From: Squalus acanthias
Lineage: Eukaryota
DNA: 64,000 bases
Reading direction: 5' to 3'
Assembly: GCA_030390025.1 (NCBI GenBank)
Contig: CM059431.1
Location: 145,020,001 to 145,084,000 of the forward strand
In this document: positions 27,010 to 39,289 of the stretch, piece by piece
Position numbering within the stretch: the first letter of the stretch is position 1
Layout of the letters: each line of letters opens with the position of its first letter
Program-made: the position numbers and the translations under genes
Notes under the pieces: generated by a model
The model's database searches: none
Told to the model about the DNA's origin: nothing
The model's input: the letters and a program-made list of their open reading frames with translations, nothing else

Positions 27010-27630
27010 GGTTGGTTTTAAGGAGCGTCTTAAAGGAGGAGTGAGAGGTGGAGAGCTTTAGGGAGGTAATGCCAGAGTTTAAGGACCAGACAGCTGTGGG
27101 CACGGCCACCAAAGGAGGGCCGAAGAATGTGATGGATGCACAAGAGGCCGGAGTAGGAGCAACGCAGATTTCTCGGAGACGTTAAAAAGCAAACCTGTCC
27201 ATCTCTGCTCTTGTAAGGCAGTAACTGCACATTATAGGTCTTGTAGAGCTGGGGGAGGGGCGAGTCAATGATGGAAATTTTTCAAATCGAGACGTTTCTG
27301 GACCGGGAACCATTGTACATCAGCGGGCACAGGGTTGACCTGTGATTCGGAGTTAGTGCCAATTAGGTTAGAGGCAGCAGTGTATTGGATGAGGTCCTGT
27401 TTATGGAGAGTGGAAGATTCGAGGCAGTTCAGGAGAGCATTGGCTAAGACAAGTCTGAAGGTGACAAAGATATGAATGTGGAATTGGTGCCAGATGGAGC
27501 GGAGATGATCGAAGTGACACAGTATTTCTGATGGACAGTATCTGGGGTCAGAAGCTCAGCTCAGGGTCAAACATGACAGAGAGGTGCACAACAGTACGCT
27601 TCAAGCTGAGACACATGGCCAGGGAGGGGG
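27010..27630 (-). mobile_element. Degenerate L2-like LINE 3' fragment
   Basis: Resembles 36100-36290 and 46420-47050 (tttagggagg...ccagagttt...cagctg; aagctcagctcagggtcaaa). Confidence 0.55.
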
Positions 27631-27746
27631 ATGCGCAGTGCCGATGTTCAGTTCCATTGACTGCAACAGAATGGTACATCAGGTGCTGCGTTTAACGGAG
27701 ACCGATCCAATTCCGTCCGCTTTGAACCACCGCCCGAGACGAATAG

Positions 27747-28825
27747 TGACTGTTTAATTAGAAACAGTGAGCAGGGGAAGTTAGGGGAACACGGTAACTG
27801 TTTAATTAAAAACAGAGAACAGGGGAAGTAATGGGAACACGGTAACTGTTTAATTAGAAACAGTGAACAGGCGAAATAAGGGGAACACAGTAACTGTTTA
27901 ATTAGAAAGAGAGAACAGGGGAAGTAAGGGGAACACAGTAACTGTTTAATTAGAAAGAGAGAACAGGGGAAGTAAGGGGAACACAGTAACTGTTTAATTA
28001 GAAACAGAGAACAGGGGAAGTAAGGGGAACACGGTAACTGTTTAATTAGAAAGACAGAACAGGGGAAGTAAGGGGGACACAGTAACTGTTTAATTAGAAA
28101 CAGAGAACAGGGGAAGTAAGGGGAACACGGTAACTGTTTAATTAGAAACAGAGAACAGGTGAACTTTGCGGAACACAGTAACTGTTTAATTAGAAAGAGT
28201 GAACAGGGGAAGTTAGGGGAACACGGTAACTGTTTAATTAGAAACAGAGAACAGGGGAAGTAAGGGGAACACGGTAACTGTATAATTAGAAACAGAGAAT
28301 AGGGGAAGTAAGGGGAACACAGTAACTGTTTAATTAGGAACAGTGAACAGGGGAAGTTAGGGGAACACGGTAACTGTTTAATTAGAAACAGAGAACTGGG
28401 GAAGTTAAGGGAACACAGTAACTGTTTAATTTAAAACAGAGAACAGGGGAAGTAAGGTGAACATGGTAACTGTTTAATTAGAAACAGAGAATAGGGGAAG
28501 TAAGGGGAACACGGTAACTGTTTAATTAGAAACAGAGAACAGGGGAAGTAAGGGGAACACGGTAACTGTTTAATTAGAAACAGAGAACAGGGGAAATAAG
28601 GGGAACACAGTAACTGTTTAATTAGAAACAGAGAACAGGGGAAGCAAGGCGAACACGGTAACTGTTTAGTTAGAGATAGCAGACAGGACGATTATGGAGA
28701 ACACAACAACTGTTTAAATAGAAATAGAGGACTGGGAAGTTTAGCGGTAAACAGTAAATGTTTATTTGGAAATAGAGAACAGGAGAAGAAAGAGGAACAC
28801 GGCAACTTTTCAATTAGAAATAGAG
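27747..28825. repeat. 48-bp minisatellite (taactgtttaattagaaacagagaacaggggaagtaaggggaacacgg), ~22 copies
   Basis: Starts at 27795, 27843, 27891 and onward; degenerates at the right end. Confidence 0.97.
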
Positions 28826-28834
28826 GACAGAAGT

Positions 28835-31255
28835 ATGGGTCTTCAAATATCCTAATATAGACTAGGATTGTAATCGTGTAAAGGGCAGAGACGGGAACGA
28901 ATTTCTGAAGTGTGTTCAGGAGAACTTTCTTAATTAGTATGCTTCCAGCCCAACGAGGAAGGGGACATTGCTAAATCTGGTTCTGGGGGTGAGGTGAGTC
29001 AAGTGGAGCAATGTCTGTAGGGGAACATTTAGGGAGCAGTGATCATAGAATCATAAGGTTAGATTAGATATAGAAAAGTAAAGGGAGCAATCTAGAGTAA
29101 AAATACTTATTTGGAGGTAGGCCAATTTCAGTGGGTTGAGAACTGATCTGGCCCGGGTAAATTGGAATCAAACATTGGCAGGCAAAACTGTAATTGAACA
29201 AGGGGCTGCCTTTAAAGAGGAGATGGTTTGGGTACTGTCGTGGTACTTTCCCACAAGGGGGAACGGTAGCGCAACCAAAGCCAGAGCTCCCTGGATGATG
29301 AAAGAGATAGAGAATAAGATGAAGCCAAAAAAGGGGGAGTATGACTGATGTCTGGTTGAGAATAAAAGTGAGAACGAGGCTGAAGATATAAAGTTCAGAG
29401 GAGAAGTGAAAAAGTAAATAAGAGGGGCAAAGACAGAGTATGAGAATAGACTGGCAGCTAACATAAAATGGAATCCAAAAGTCTTATATAGGCATATAAA
29501 TAATAAACCGGTAGTAAGAGGAGGGGTGGGGCTGATTAGGGATCAAAAGGAGGAACTACACATGGAAGCAGAGGGCATGGCTGAGGTACTAAATTAATAC
29601 TTTGCATCTGTCATTACCAAGGAAGAAATGCTGCCAAAGTCATAGCGAAAGGGGAGGTAGATGAGATACTGGATGGAATAAAAATTGCTAAAGAGGCGGT
29701 AGTAAAATGGCTGGCAGAACATAAAGTAGATAAGTCACCTGGACGGGATGGGATGCATCCTAGGATACTGAGGGAGGTAATGGTGGAAATTGCGGAGGTA
29801 CTGGCCATAATCTTCCAATCCTCTTTAGATGCAAGGGTGATGCCAGAGGAAAGGAGAATTGCAAATGTTACACCTTGATCCAAAAAAGGCTGGAAGGATA
29901 AACCCAGCAAATACAGACCAGCCAGTTTAAACCCGATAGTGGGGAAGCTTTTAGAAACGATAATCCGGAACATAAGTAACAGTAACTTGGACAAGTGTGG
30001 ATTAACTAAGGAAAGCCAGCACGGATTTGTCAAAGGCAAATCGTGTTTAAATAAATTGATTAGTTTTTTGATGAGGTAACAGAGAGGGTTGATGAGGGCA
30101 ATGCGGTTGATGTGGTTTACATGGACTTCCAAAAGGCGTTTGATAAATTGCCAGATAATAGGATTTCCAGAAAAGTTGAAGCCCATGGAATAAAAGGGAC
30201 AGTGGCAGCATGGTACGAAATTGGCTAAGTGACAGTACACAGTGAGTAGTGGTGAACGGTTGTTTTTCAGACTGGTGGAAAGTATGCAGTGGTGCTCCCC
30301 AGGGGCCGGTACCAGGACCACTGCTTTACTTGATATATATTAATGACTTGGACTTGGGTATACAGGGCACAATTCCAAAATTTCAGATGACACAAAACTT
30401 GGAAGTATAGTGAACAGTGATAGGATAGTGATAGACTTCAAGAAGACATAGACAGGCTGAGGGAATCGGTGGACACCTGGCAGATGAAATTTAACGCAGA
30501 AACGTGCGAATGATTCATTTCGGTAGGAAGAATGAAAAGAGGCAATATAAACTAAAGGGTACAATTCTAAAGGGGTGCATGAACAGAGCGACCTGGGGGT
30601 ATATGTGCACAAATCGTTGAAGGTGGCAGGGTAGGTTGAGAATGCAGGATCCTGGGCTTCATAAATAGAGGCACAGAGTAGAAAAGCACGGAAGTTATGA
30701 TGAACCTTTACAAAACACTATTTCGGTCCCAACTGCAGGATTGTGCGCAATTCATGGCACCGCACTTTAGGAAGGATGTGAAGACCTTAGTGAGGATGCA
30801 GAAAAGATTTACAAGAATGGTTCCAGGTATGAGGGACTTCAGTTACATGGATAGACTGGAGAAGCTGGGGTTGTTCTCCTTAGAGCAGAGAAGTTTGAGA
30901 GGAGATTGATAGAGGTGTTGAAAATCATGAGGTGTATAGTCTGAGTAATAGCGGGAAACTGTTCCCATTGGCGGAAGCGTCCAGAACCAGAGGGCACAGC
31001 TTTAAGGTGATTGGCAGAAGAACCAAAGACGACAACAAAATTATGCAACGAGTGTTTATGGTCTGGAAGGCCCCGCCTGAAAGGGTGATAGAGGGAGATT
31101 CAATTGTGGCTTTCAAAATGGAATTGGAAAAGTACGTGAAGGAAGAAATATCAGGGCTACGGTGACAAGGAAGGGGATTGGATCTAGTTGCAGTTCTCTT
31201 GCAGGCTGGACGGGCCGACTGGCCTCATTATATGCGTGTAAATTTCTATGATTTT
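28835..31255 (+). mobile_element. Degenerate CR1 ORF2 (EN C-terminal part, RT, 3' UTR)
   Basis: gagcagtgatcat (SDH), atggacttccaaaaggcgtttgataaa (MDFQKAFDK), ORFs 30697-30909 and 30932-31165; tail tttctatgatttt. Confidence 0.92.
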
Positions 31256-31260
31256 ATTAT

Positions 31261-31540
31261 TGTCCTTTGCAATGGAATAGCACTTTACAATGGAGTAGAA
31301 CTTTGCAATATAAGAGTACTTTACAATGGAATAGCACTTTGCAATATAATAGTCCTTTGCAATGGAATAGCACTTTGCAATATAATAGTCCTTTGCAATG
31401 GAATAGCACTTTGCAATGGACAAGTCCTTTGCAATGGAATAGCACTTTGCAATATAATAGTCCTTTGCAATGGAAGAGCACTTTGCAATATAATAGTTCT
31501 TTGCAATGGAATAGCACATTGCAATATAATTGCGCTTTGC
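31261..31540. repeat. 36-bp minisatellite of two related 18-mers (gtcctttgcaatggaata / gcactttgcaatataata), ~8 copies
   Basis: Directly visible. Confidence 0.95.
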
Positions 31541-32610
31541 GGCAGACTGTGATTTTAAATGGGCGCCACTTGTGTTGCAGGATGGGCTCCCGCCCCGCTG
31601 CTTTGTGCCATTGTCTGGAGCCGCTCACAGGCTGTGCTGCTGCTCACACATACTCAGGCAGGCAGCACATGGTGCAGGAAGGAAGGAAGGAAGGAATGGT
31701 GGCTGCAGATCGCCAGCTCGGCTCCTGTATGTGAGTAGTGAGTGTGGAGATCAGGACCACAAGGGGCTGGGGGATTGGAGGGGGTGAAAATGCATGTAGG
31801 GGGTGATTGACGCCCCAGGAGATGAGCATGGAGGGAGGGTGAAAAGAAGCAAATACAATAAAGAATAAAGAATAATAATAATAACTTATGTACTTTACTT
31901 CTGCAAACGAAATGTCTGTCTGTCTGTGATTTGAGTGGAGTGGAATAAAATGAATGGAAAGATCCCACAGCAGCTTTTGCTCTGAAAACACTCCACAAAC
32001 ATTAGCCAATAAATCCGAGTCCAGAAAAACATCAAATGTATTATTGTGAAAATAATAATAAAATAAATATAACATATATATATTTGTTTTTACAAAAGTC
32101 TTGTCTTGTCTTGGTTGGGTTGGGAATTAAAGCGAGAGTAAGGTCACATAGCAGGATATGCTCTGACACTTCTGACAAACATTCCCCGATAAAGTCCAGC
32201 CCAGAAAAAAATCATATGGCTTGGGGTATATATGTAGCTTTGAGTTTTACAAGTCTTGAAAGAAAGGCAAAGTAAGATCCCACAGCTGTGCGGTCTTGAA
32301 TTAAATCAGTATAATCTAATGGTGTATACTTCCTGCTTTTTTCAGACATGAGATGCAGTACCAATGCACACGGCAGATAACTTGAATACAGACAAGCCCT
32401 GCATACACAGCAGCTTTTGCTGTCACTCTCTCTCTCTCACTCAAACACAGGTCAGCCTGCAAAATTGCCACACAACACTGTCAGCAATGAAAGCAAGTTG
32501 ATGTTCTCTAATTGCTCTGCTGTGTTTGGCAGTTTAAAAGCAAAAAAACAATTGTCAGTATCTTATCTTTTCATTTTGTGGCCTACAGAATTAAGCTTTC
32601 TATTCTGCAT

Positions 32611-32861
32611 CAAAAGCAAAATACTGACGATGCTGGAAATCTGAAATTAAAACAGAAAATGCTTGAAATACTCAGCAGGCCAGGCAGCATCTGTGGAGAG
32701 AGAGAGAGAAACAGAGTTAATGTTTCAGCTCGATGACCTTTCGTGAGATTCTGGCAAGGTTCTGACGACAGGTCATTGAACTGAAATGTTAACTCTGTTT
32801 GTCTCTCTCTCCACAGATGCTGCCTGACCTGCTGAGTATTTCCAGCATTTGCTGTTTTGAG
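32611..32861. mobile_element. Palindromic Penelope-terminus-derived mini-element with two hammerhead-like motifs and 13-bp TSD (copy 1)
   Basis: Arms ~32649-32750 and ~32759-32858 are reverse complements and match the termini at 41127-41235 and 61605-61705; flanks ttctattctgcat (32598-32610) and ttctattctgcct (32862-32874). Confidence 0.85.
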
Positions 32862-33187
32862 TTCTATTCTGCCTGTTGTCTTGATTTCATGTGTCTCTCT
32901 CATTGCCTACCTGCCTTGTCTTGTTTTGAGTGGAGTGGAATAAAAAGAATGCAAAGATCCCAGAGCAGCTTTTACTGTCAGGCAGTCCACAAAGACATTT
33001 TTCAGTATCTCACTGACTGACTGTCTGTCTTGAAGTGAAGTGAAGTGAAATAAAGTGCAATAAAGTGATACACAGCAGCATTACATGTGGAACAGGCAAG
33101 AATGAAATCAATAGGGTTTAATACAACAACAGCAGATAATAAGAAAGCAGACCACATCTCGCACAAACACCAGCTTTTGCTCTCTCC

Positions 33188-33223
<36 letters not shown>

Positions 33224-35385
33224 GACCCTGGCCAGCCTGCAGAGGGATGACTGCCGTGTTGGAAAATTAAAACCAAAAATACTCTTTTCTGTACCGTATC
33301 ATTTCACTTTGTGGCCTACAGAAACAGGCTTTCTATTCTGCATCTGCCTTTTGATTTCATGTCTCGCCCTTGTCACTGGCTGTCTGTCGGTCTGTCTCTC
33401 ACTCACACACTCTCTCTCCCATCCACATTGAACAAAACCTTACAGTGACATTACTCACAGACTCACACAAACTCTGCAATTTGCAGAAAAATAGACATCC
33501 ACTCACATACAGACTCACTCACACAGACACTGCAATTTGCAGAAACACTCACTCATACATCCATTTTGAAAGGGGTGCAGCCCGGGAGTGTTAATTTTTG
33601 ATGATGTCCCTTCCTGGCTGTGTGGCCATGTTTGATGAGGGCAATCCAACAGGAAGAATTGAAGCCGAGGCCCCAGAAATCCGGGTCCCTGAGAGGAAAT
33701 GAAAGCCCAGAGGGTGAAAGGAAGGAAATAAAATCAGGAATAAATAATAATATATATACTTCGCTTTTATAAAGGAAATGGCTGCCTGTCTGTCACTTGA
33801 GTGGACTGGTATAAAATGAAGGAAATATCCCAGAGCAGCTTTTACTGTCGGACAGTCCACAAATACATTTTTCAGTATCTCACTGACTGACTACCTGTCT
33901 TGAAATGAAGTGAAATAAAGTGCAATGAAATGATACACAGCAGCATTACATGTGGAGCAGGCCAGAAGGAAATCAATAGGGTTTAATACAACAACAGCAG
34001 GTAATAAGACACCAGACAGACACAAACACGAGCTTCTGCCCACTCTCTCTCTCTCACACACACTCCCAGCCTGGCCAGCTTGCAGAGGGATGACTGCCGC
34101 ATTGGAAGATTAAAACCAAAAAGACACTTTACAGTATCTTATCTTTTCACTTTGTGGCCGACAGAAACAGGCTTTCTATTCTGCAACTTGCCTTTTGATT
34201 TCATGTCTCTCTCACTCTCACGGACTGTTTGTCTCTCTGTCACTCACACAGTCTCCCTCCCACCCACATTGAATTAAAATTTACAGTAACGTGACACACA
34301 CACTCACACAGACGCTGCAATTTTAAGACTCACAGACACCCACGCACATACAGACACACTCACACAGACTCTGCAATTTGCAGAAACACAGACACACACT
34401 CATATACATGCACACTCAGACAGACACTGCAATTTGCAGAAACTCACACTCACACACACATCCATTTTGAAAGGGGTGCAGCCTGGAACTGTCTATTTTT
34501 GATGATGTCCTTTCCTGGCACTGCGGCCATGTTTGATGAGGACAAGCCAACAGGAAGATGTGAAGCCAACGCCGTAGAAATCCGGGTCCCCAAGAGGAAA
34601 TGAACGACCGGGAGTGTGAAAAGAAGGAAATACAATCAGGGATAAATAATAATATATCTACTTTACTTTTGTTAACTAAATGTCTGCCTGTCTGTGATTT
34701 GCGTGGAAAGGAATAAAATGAATGGAATGATCCCACAGCAGATTTTGCTCTGAAAACACCCCAAGCCCATTCCCCAATAAACGCCAGTCCCGAAAAACAT
34801 GAAATGGATTATGCTGAAAATACTTTTAAAAATCAATAATATATATACTTTGTTTTTACAAAAACTTGACTTGGTTTGGTTGGCTTGGGCTTAATGGTAG
34901 AGTAAGATCCCACCACAGGATATGCTCTGAAACACCCCACAAAAACTCCACCATAAAGTCCAGTCCAGAAAAAATCAATTGGCTTGAATTATATATGTAG
35001 CTTTGATTTTTACAAAAGTCTTGAAATAAAGGCAAAGTTAGATCCCACAGCATTGCAGTCTGGAATTAATTCAGTATGATCTAATGGTGTATCCTTTCTG
35101 TTTTTTTCAGACATGAGATGCAATATCAATGCACACAGCAGGTAACTTGAACTCAGTCAAGCCCTATATATACACCCGCATTTGCTGTCTCTCTCTCTCT
35201 CTCACACATACACACACACACACAGGCCAGCCTGCAAAATTGCCACACAACACTCTCAGCAATTAAAGAAAGTTAATTTCTCTCATTGCTCTGCTGTGTT
35301 CGGCAGTTTAAAAGCAAAAATACACTTTTCAGTATCTTATCTTTTCATTTTGCGGACCTACAGATACAGGCTTTTTATTCTGCAT

Positions 35386-35629
35386 CAACAGCAAAATACT
35401 GCTGATGCTGGAAATGGGAATAAAAACTGAAAATGCTGGAAATACTCAGCAGGTGAGGCAGCATCTGTGGAGAGAGAGAGAAACAGAGTTAACGTTTCAG
35501 CTCGATTACCTTTCGTCAGATTCTGTCAAGGTTCTGAGGAAAGGTCATCGACCTGAAACATTAACTCTGTTTCTCTCTCCGCAGATGCTGCCTGACCTGC
35601 TGAGTATTTCCAGCATTTTCTGTTTTGAT
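35386..35629. mobile_element. Palindromic Penelope-terminus-derived mini-element (copy 2)
   Basis: Same inverted arms; flanks ttttattctgcat (35373-35385) and ttctattctgcat (35630-35642). Confidence 0.85.
35530..35566 (+). ncRNA. Minimal type I hammerhead ribozyme motif
   Basis: ggtt-CTGAGGA-a-aggtc-atc-gacct-GAAA-catt-aact: core boxes, 5-bp stem II, stem I ggtt/aact; palindromic ACGT decayed to ACAT. Confidence 0.65.
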
Positions 35630-35987
35630 TTCTATTCTGCATGTTGTCTTGATTTCATGTGTCTCTCTCGCTGCCTGCCTGTCTGTCTGTCTGTCTTGTC
35701 TTGATTTGTGAGGAGGGAAATTAGAAGAATGCAAAGATCCCACATCAGCTTTTTACTGTCAGACCTACTTCATAGGAGACCGAACGAGGCCTCGTCCAGA
35801 GGGGACCGACCGAGGCCTCCTCCAGAGGGGACTGACCGAAATCTCCCTTAGAGGGGGAGAAGGTGGGATGTACTTTAGAGAAACGTTTATTTAATATATT
35901 AAAACAATGAATCCAGTTATTGAAAAAGTCGAGGAGACCAGGCGTGAGCTGAAGTAAGCGGTGGAGTTTTATTAACACAACACAGGG

Positions 35988-36295
35988 ACAACAACAATAA
36001 CTTGCATTTATATAGCGGCTTTAATGTAATGAAACGACACAAGGCAATTAGCAGACAAAATTTGACACTGAGCCACATAAAGAGATTTGAGGAGAGGTGG
36101 CCCAAAGCTCGGTGAAAATGGGAGGTTTTTAAAAGCGTTTAAAGGAGGGGAGAGAGAGGTAGAGCTGCGAAGAGGTTCAGGGAAAGAATACCAGAGTTTA
36201 GGGCCTTGGCAGCTGAAGTCATGGCGCCAATGTGGAGCAAAGTAAATCGAGGATGTGCAACAGGTCAGAGGAGTGGAGAGATCTCGGAGGGTCGT
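35988..36295 (-). mobile_element. L2-type LINE/SINE 3' tail fragment
   Basis: caacaacaataacttgcatttatatagcg terminus, similar to 46273; ORF 36008-36358 FSCQGPKLWYSFPEPLR. Confidence 0.7.
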
Positions 36296-36298
36296 TGT

Positions 36299-36862
36299 GA
36301 CACTTGTTACAGAGTCTGACTCCTCACTGGGAGAGACACACACTGTACACAGGGACACTTGTTACAGAGTCTGACTCCTCACTGGGAGAGACACATACTG
36401 TACACAGGGACACTTGTTACAGAGTCTGACTCCTCACTGGGAGAGACACATACTGTACACAGGGACACTTGTTACAGAGTCTGACTCCTCACTGGGAGAG
36501 ACACACACTGTACACAGGGACACTTGTTACAGAGTCTGACTCCTCACTGGGAGAGACACACACTGTACACAGGGACACTTGTTACAGAGTCTGACTCCTC
36601 ACTGGGAGAGACACACACTGTACACAGGGACACTTGTTACAGAGTCTGACTCCTCACTGGGAGAGACACACACTGTACACAGGGACACTTGTTACAGAGT
36701 CTGACTCCTCACTGGGAGAGACACACACTGTACACAGGGACACTTGTTACAGAGTCTGACTCCTCACTGGGAGAGACACACACTGTACACAGGGACACTT
36801 GTTACAGAGTCTGACTCCTCACTGGGAGAGACACACACTGTACACAGGGACACTTGTTACAG
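36299..36862. repeat. Near-perfect 55-bp minisatellite (gacacttgttacagagtctgactcctcactgggagagacacacactgtacacagg), ~10 copies
   Basis: Starts at 36299, 36354, 36409 ... 36849. Confidence 0.98.
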
Positions 36863-37230
36863 TGTACGACTCCACACTGGGTGACTCCCAGGAACACTGA
36901 GTGCAATTGTCAGTGTCCCACTGCAGCACAGACTGAGATCCACCCTGGTCTCTTCCTGTGTGTTCATTTCCCCAGTGACCCCATTGGGGAACATTCAGCC
37001 CCGGATATCCTGCAGAATCAGCGCTCTGACGCCGGGCGGATGAGTCTCCTGACCCTGTGGCTGGGCGTCTGACCTCACAATGGGAGATGACGCGCGCTCA
37101 GCTCGAGCTGGAAACCGTTAAAGGGGCCGTCAGTATTTAAACCCGGAGCGCGGCCGCTTAAAGGGGAGGAACAAAAAGTCGGCTAAAAATGCTCATATAA
37201 TGAGACCAGTGACGTCATCAATTGAAATCT

Positions 37231-38804
37231 TCACACATTCACACTCAGTTCGCGTCTTGTTCCCTGAAGTGACATCAGCTGATTCTTTCCGGTTGAACTG
37301 AACTGATTCCAGCCCAGCCTGAAACAGATTAAAGATTAAACAGGAAATAAACGGATTGAACAACAGTATAAATGACAGGGAGACTGGGATTAATATTTCA
37401 ATAATCATTACAGACAAATATTACCCATAAAATTGACTGAGTCCCATTTATATTTTAATTATTACATTAAACATTAACACAAACACTCACCAGATCCGCT
37501 CCAGACTTCTGCAGGTCAGTACGAGGAGACGGAAAGCGGTCTGTGAAGGAGTTTGATTCCAGGTTCACATCCGTCAGTGACCGGATTGTACTGAGAGCGG
37601 AGGCGAGATCCTCGCCACAAGAATCTGTGAGACCGACAGCATTCAGCCTGGGGATCATTTAGCGAAATAACAGGAATCAGGGTAAATCCCCAGAGTTTAT
37701 CAATAACACTATTACTGATAATAATAATGTTCAGTGTCAGACATCCAGCTATTATAAGCACAATCTCATACAGTCTGGTACTTACACCAGTTTCTGTATT
37801 TTACACTCCGGGTTCCTCAGAGCCGCAGACACTAGTTTCACTCCTGAATCTCCCAGTTTATTATAACCCAGGTTCAGATCGATCAGTGAGCGGTTTGTGC
37901 TGAGAGCGGAGGCGAGATTCTCGGTACAATAATCTGTGAGCCCGACATCAGGCAACCTGCGGATCAGAGAGAGAAATCACAGGAATCAGAGTAAATCTCC
38001 AGTGTTTATTAATAACACTATTACTAATACTAATAATCATGTACAGTGTAAGACATACACTTATTATAAACACAATCTCACACAGTCTGGTACTTACACC
38101 AGTGCCTGTATTTTACAGTCCGGGTTCCTCAGAGCCGCAGACAGCAGTTTCACTCCTGAATCTCCCAGTTTATTTTTACCCAGGTTCAGAACCGTCAGCG
38201 ACCGGTTTGTAGTGAGAGCGGAGGCGAGATCCCCGGCACAAGAATCTGAAAGACCGTTACCCCACAGCCTGGGATCAGAGAGAGAAATACAGGAATCAGA
38301 GTAAATTCCCCAAGGTTTATTAATAACACTATTACTGATACTAATAATAATGTACATTGTTAGACACCCAGTTATTATAAACACAATCTCACAGTCTGTT
38401 ACTTACTGCAGCTTCTGTATTTTACAGTCCGGGTTTCTCAGAGCCGCAGACATTAGTTTCACTCCTGAATCTCCCAGTTTATTATTATTCAGGTTCAGAA
38501 CCGTCAGAGACCGGTTTGTACTGAGAGCGGAGGCGAGATTCCCGGCACAAGAATCTGTGAGACCGACAGACCATGCACTGAGGATCAGAGAGAGAAATAA
38601 CAGGACTCAGAGTAAATCCCAGTGTTAATTAATAACACAACTACTGATCCTAATAATAATGTCCAGTGTCAGACATCCAGTTATCATAAACACAATTTCA
38701 CACAGTCTGGTACTTACTCCAGTTTCTGTATTTTACAGTCCGGGTTCCTCAGAGCCGCAGACAGTAGTTTCACTCCTGAATCTCCCAGTTTATTGTAACT
38801 CAGT
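37231..38804 (-). pseudogene. Six LRR exons of the NLR (87, 171, 171, 171, 157 and 88 coding nt)
   Basis: [28 protein letters not shown] and GLTDSCAxDLASALSTNRSLTxLNL repeats; phase-2 introns; last exon LGWNQFSSTGKNQLMSLQGTRRELSVNV*. Confidence 0.93.
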
Positions 38805-38943
38805 CTAAACACAGAGAGTGAGAAACAAACTGAGTCAAAGCACGGATCTGATATATGTTTCTCTCTCGGATATTACAGCAATCACTGAAAGTAGTTCAGG
38901 AAATATGTAAACCGGTTTCCCCCCGCGATTTCCCTCCCTGTGC

Positions 38944-39250
38944 GGGTCGGGTGCGGCCGGGGTCGGTGGCGGGTCGGGTGCGGCCGGGGTCTGTGGCGGG
39001 TCGGGTGCGGCCGAGGTCGGTGGCGTGTCGGGTGCGGCCGGGGTCGATGGCCGGTCGGGTGCGGCCGGGTTCGGTGGCGGGTCGGGTGCGGCCGAGGTCG
39101 GTGGCGTGTCGGGTGCGGCCGGGGTCGGTGGCGTGTCGGGTGCGGCCGGGGTCGGTGGCGGGTCGGGTGCGGCCGGGGTCGGTGGCGTGTCGGGTGCGGC
39201 CTGGGTCGGTGGCGGGTCGGGTGCGGCCGGGGTCGGTGGCGGGTCGCGGC
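38944..39250. repeat. GC-rich 27-bp minisatellite (gggtcgggtgcggccggggtcggtggc), ~11 copies
   Basis: Directly visible; period 27. Confidence 0.97.
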
Positions 39251-39289
39251 CTCGCTCTGGAGAATTGGAGGAAGCGGGTTTGATGAAGC

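Larger units (their letters stand above)
31835..35765. repeat. Local duplication block: A (~31835-32990), B (~32990-33715), short a' (~33716-33860), B' (~33860-34617), A' (~34618-35765)
   Basis: Paired sequences, e.g. ttcagacatgagatgca at 32341 and 35106; ttcagtatctcactgactgact at 33001 and 33871; catccattttgaaaggggtgcagcc at ~33558 and ~34459. Confidence 0.9.

Noticed and set aside
27747..28825. CRISPR-like appearance of regular repeats (also 36299-36862 and 45465-46156)
   Set aside because: Units are head-to-tail with no unique spacers, there are no cas genes, and the context is vertebrate
31178..31734. Repetitive Cys/Leu ORFs
   Set aside because: Artefact of the 36-bp repeat
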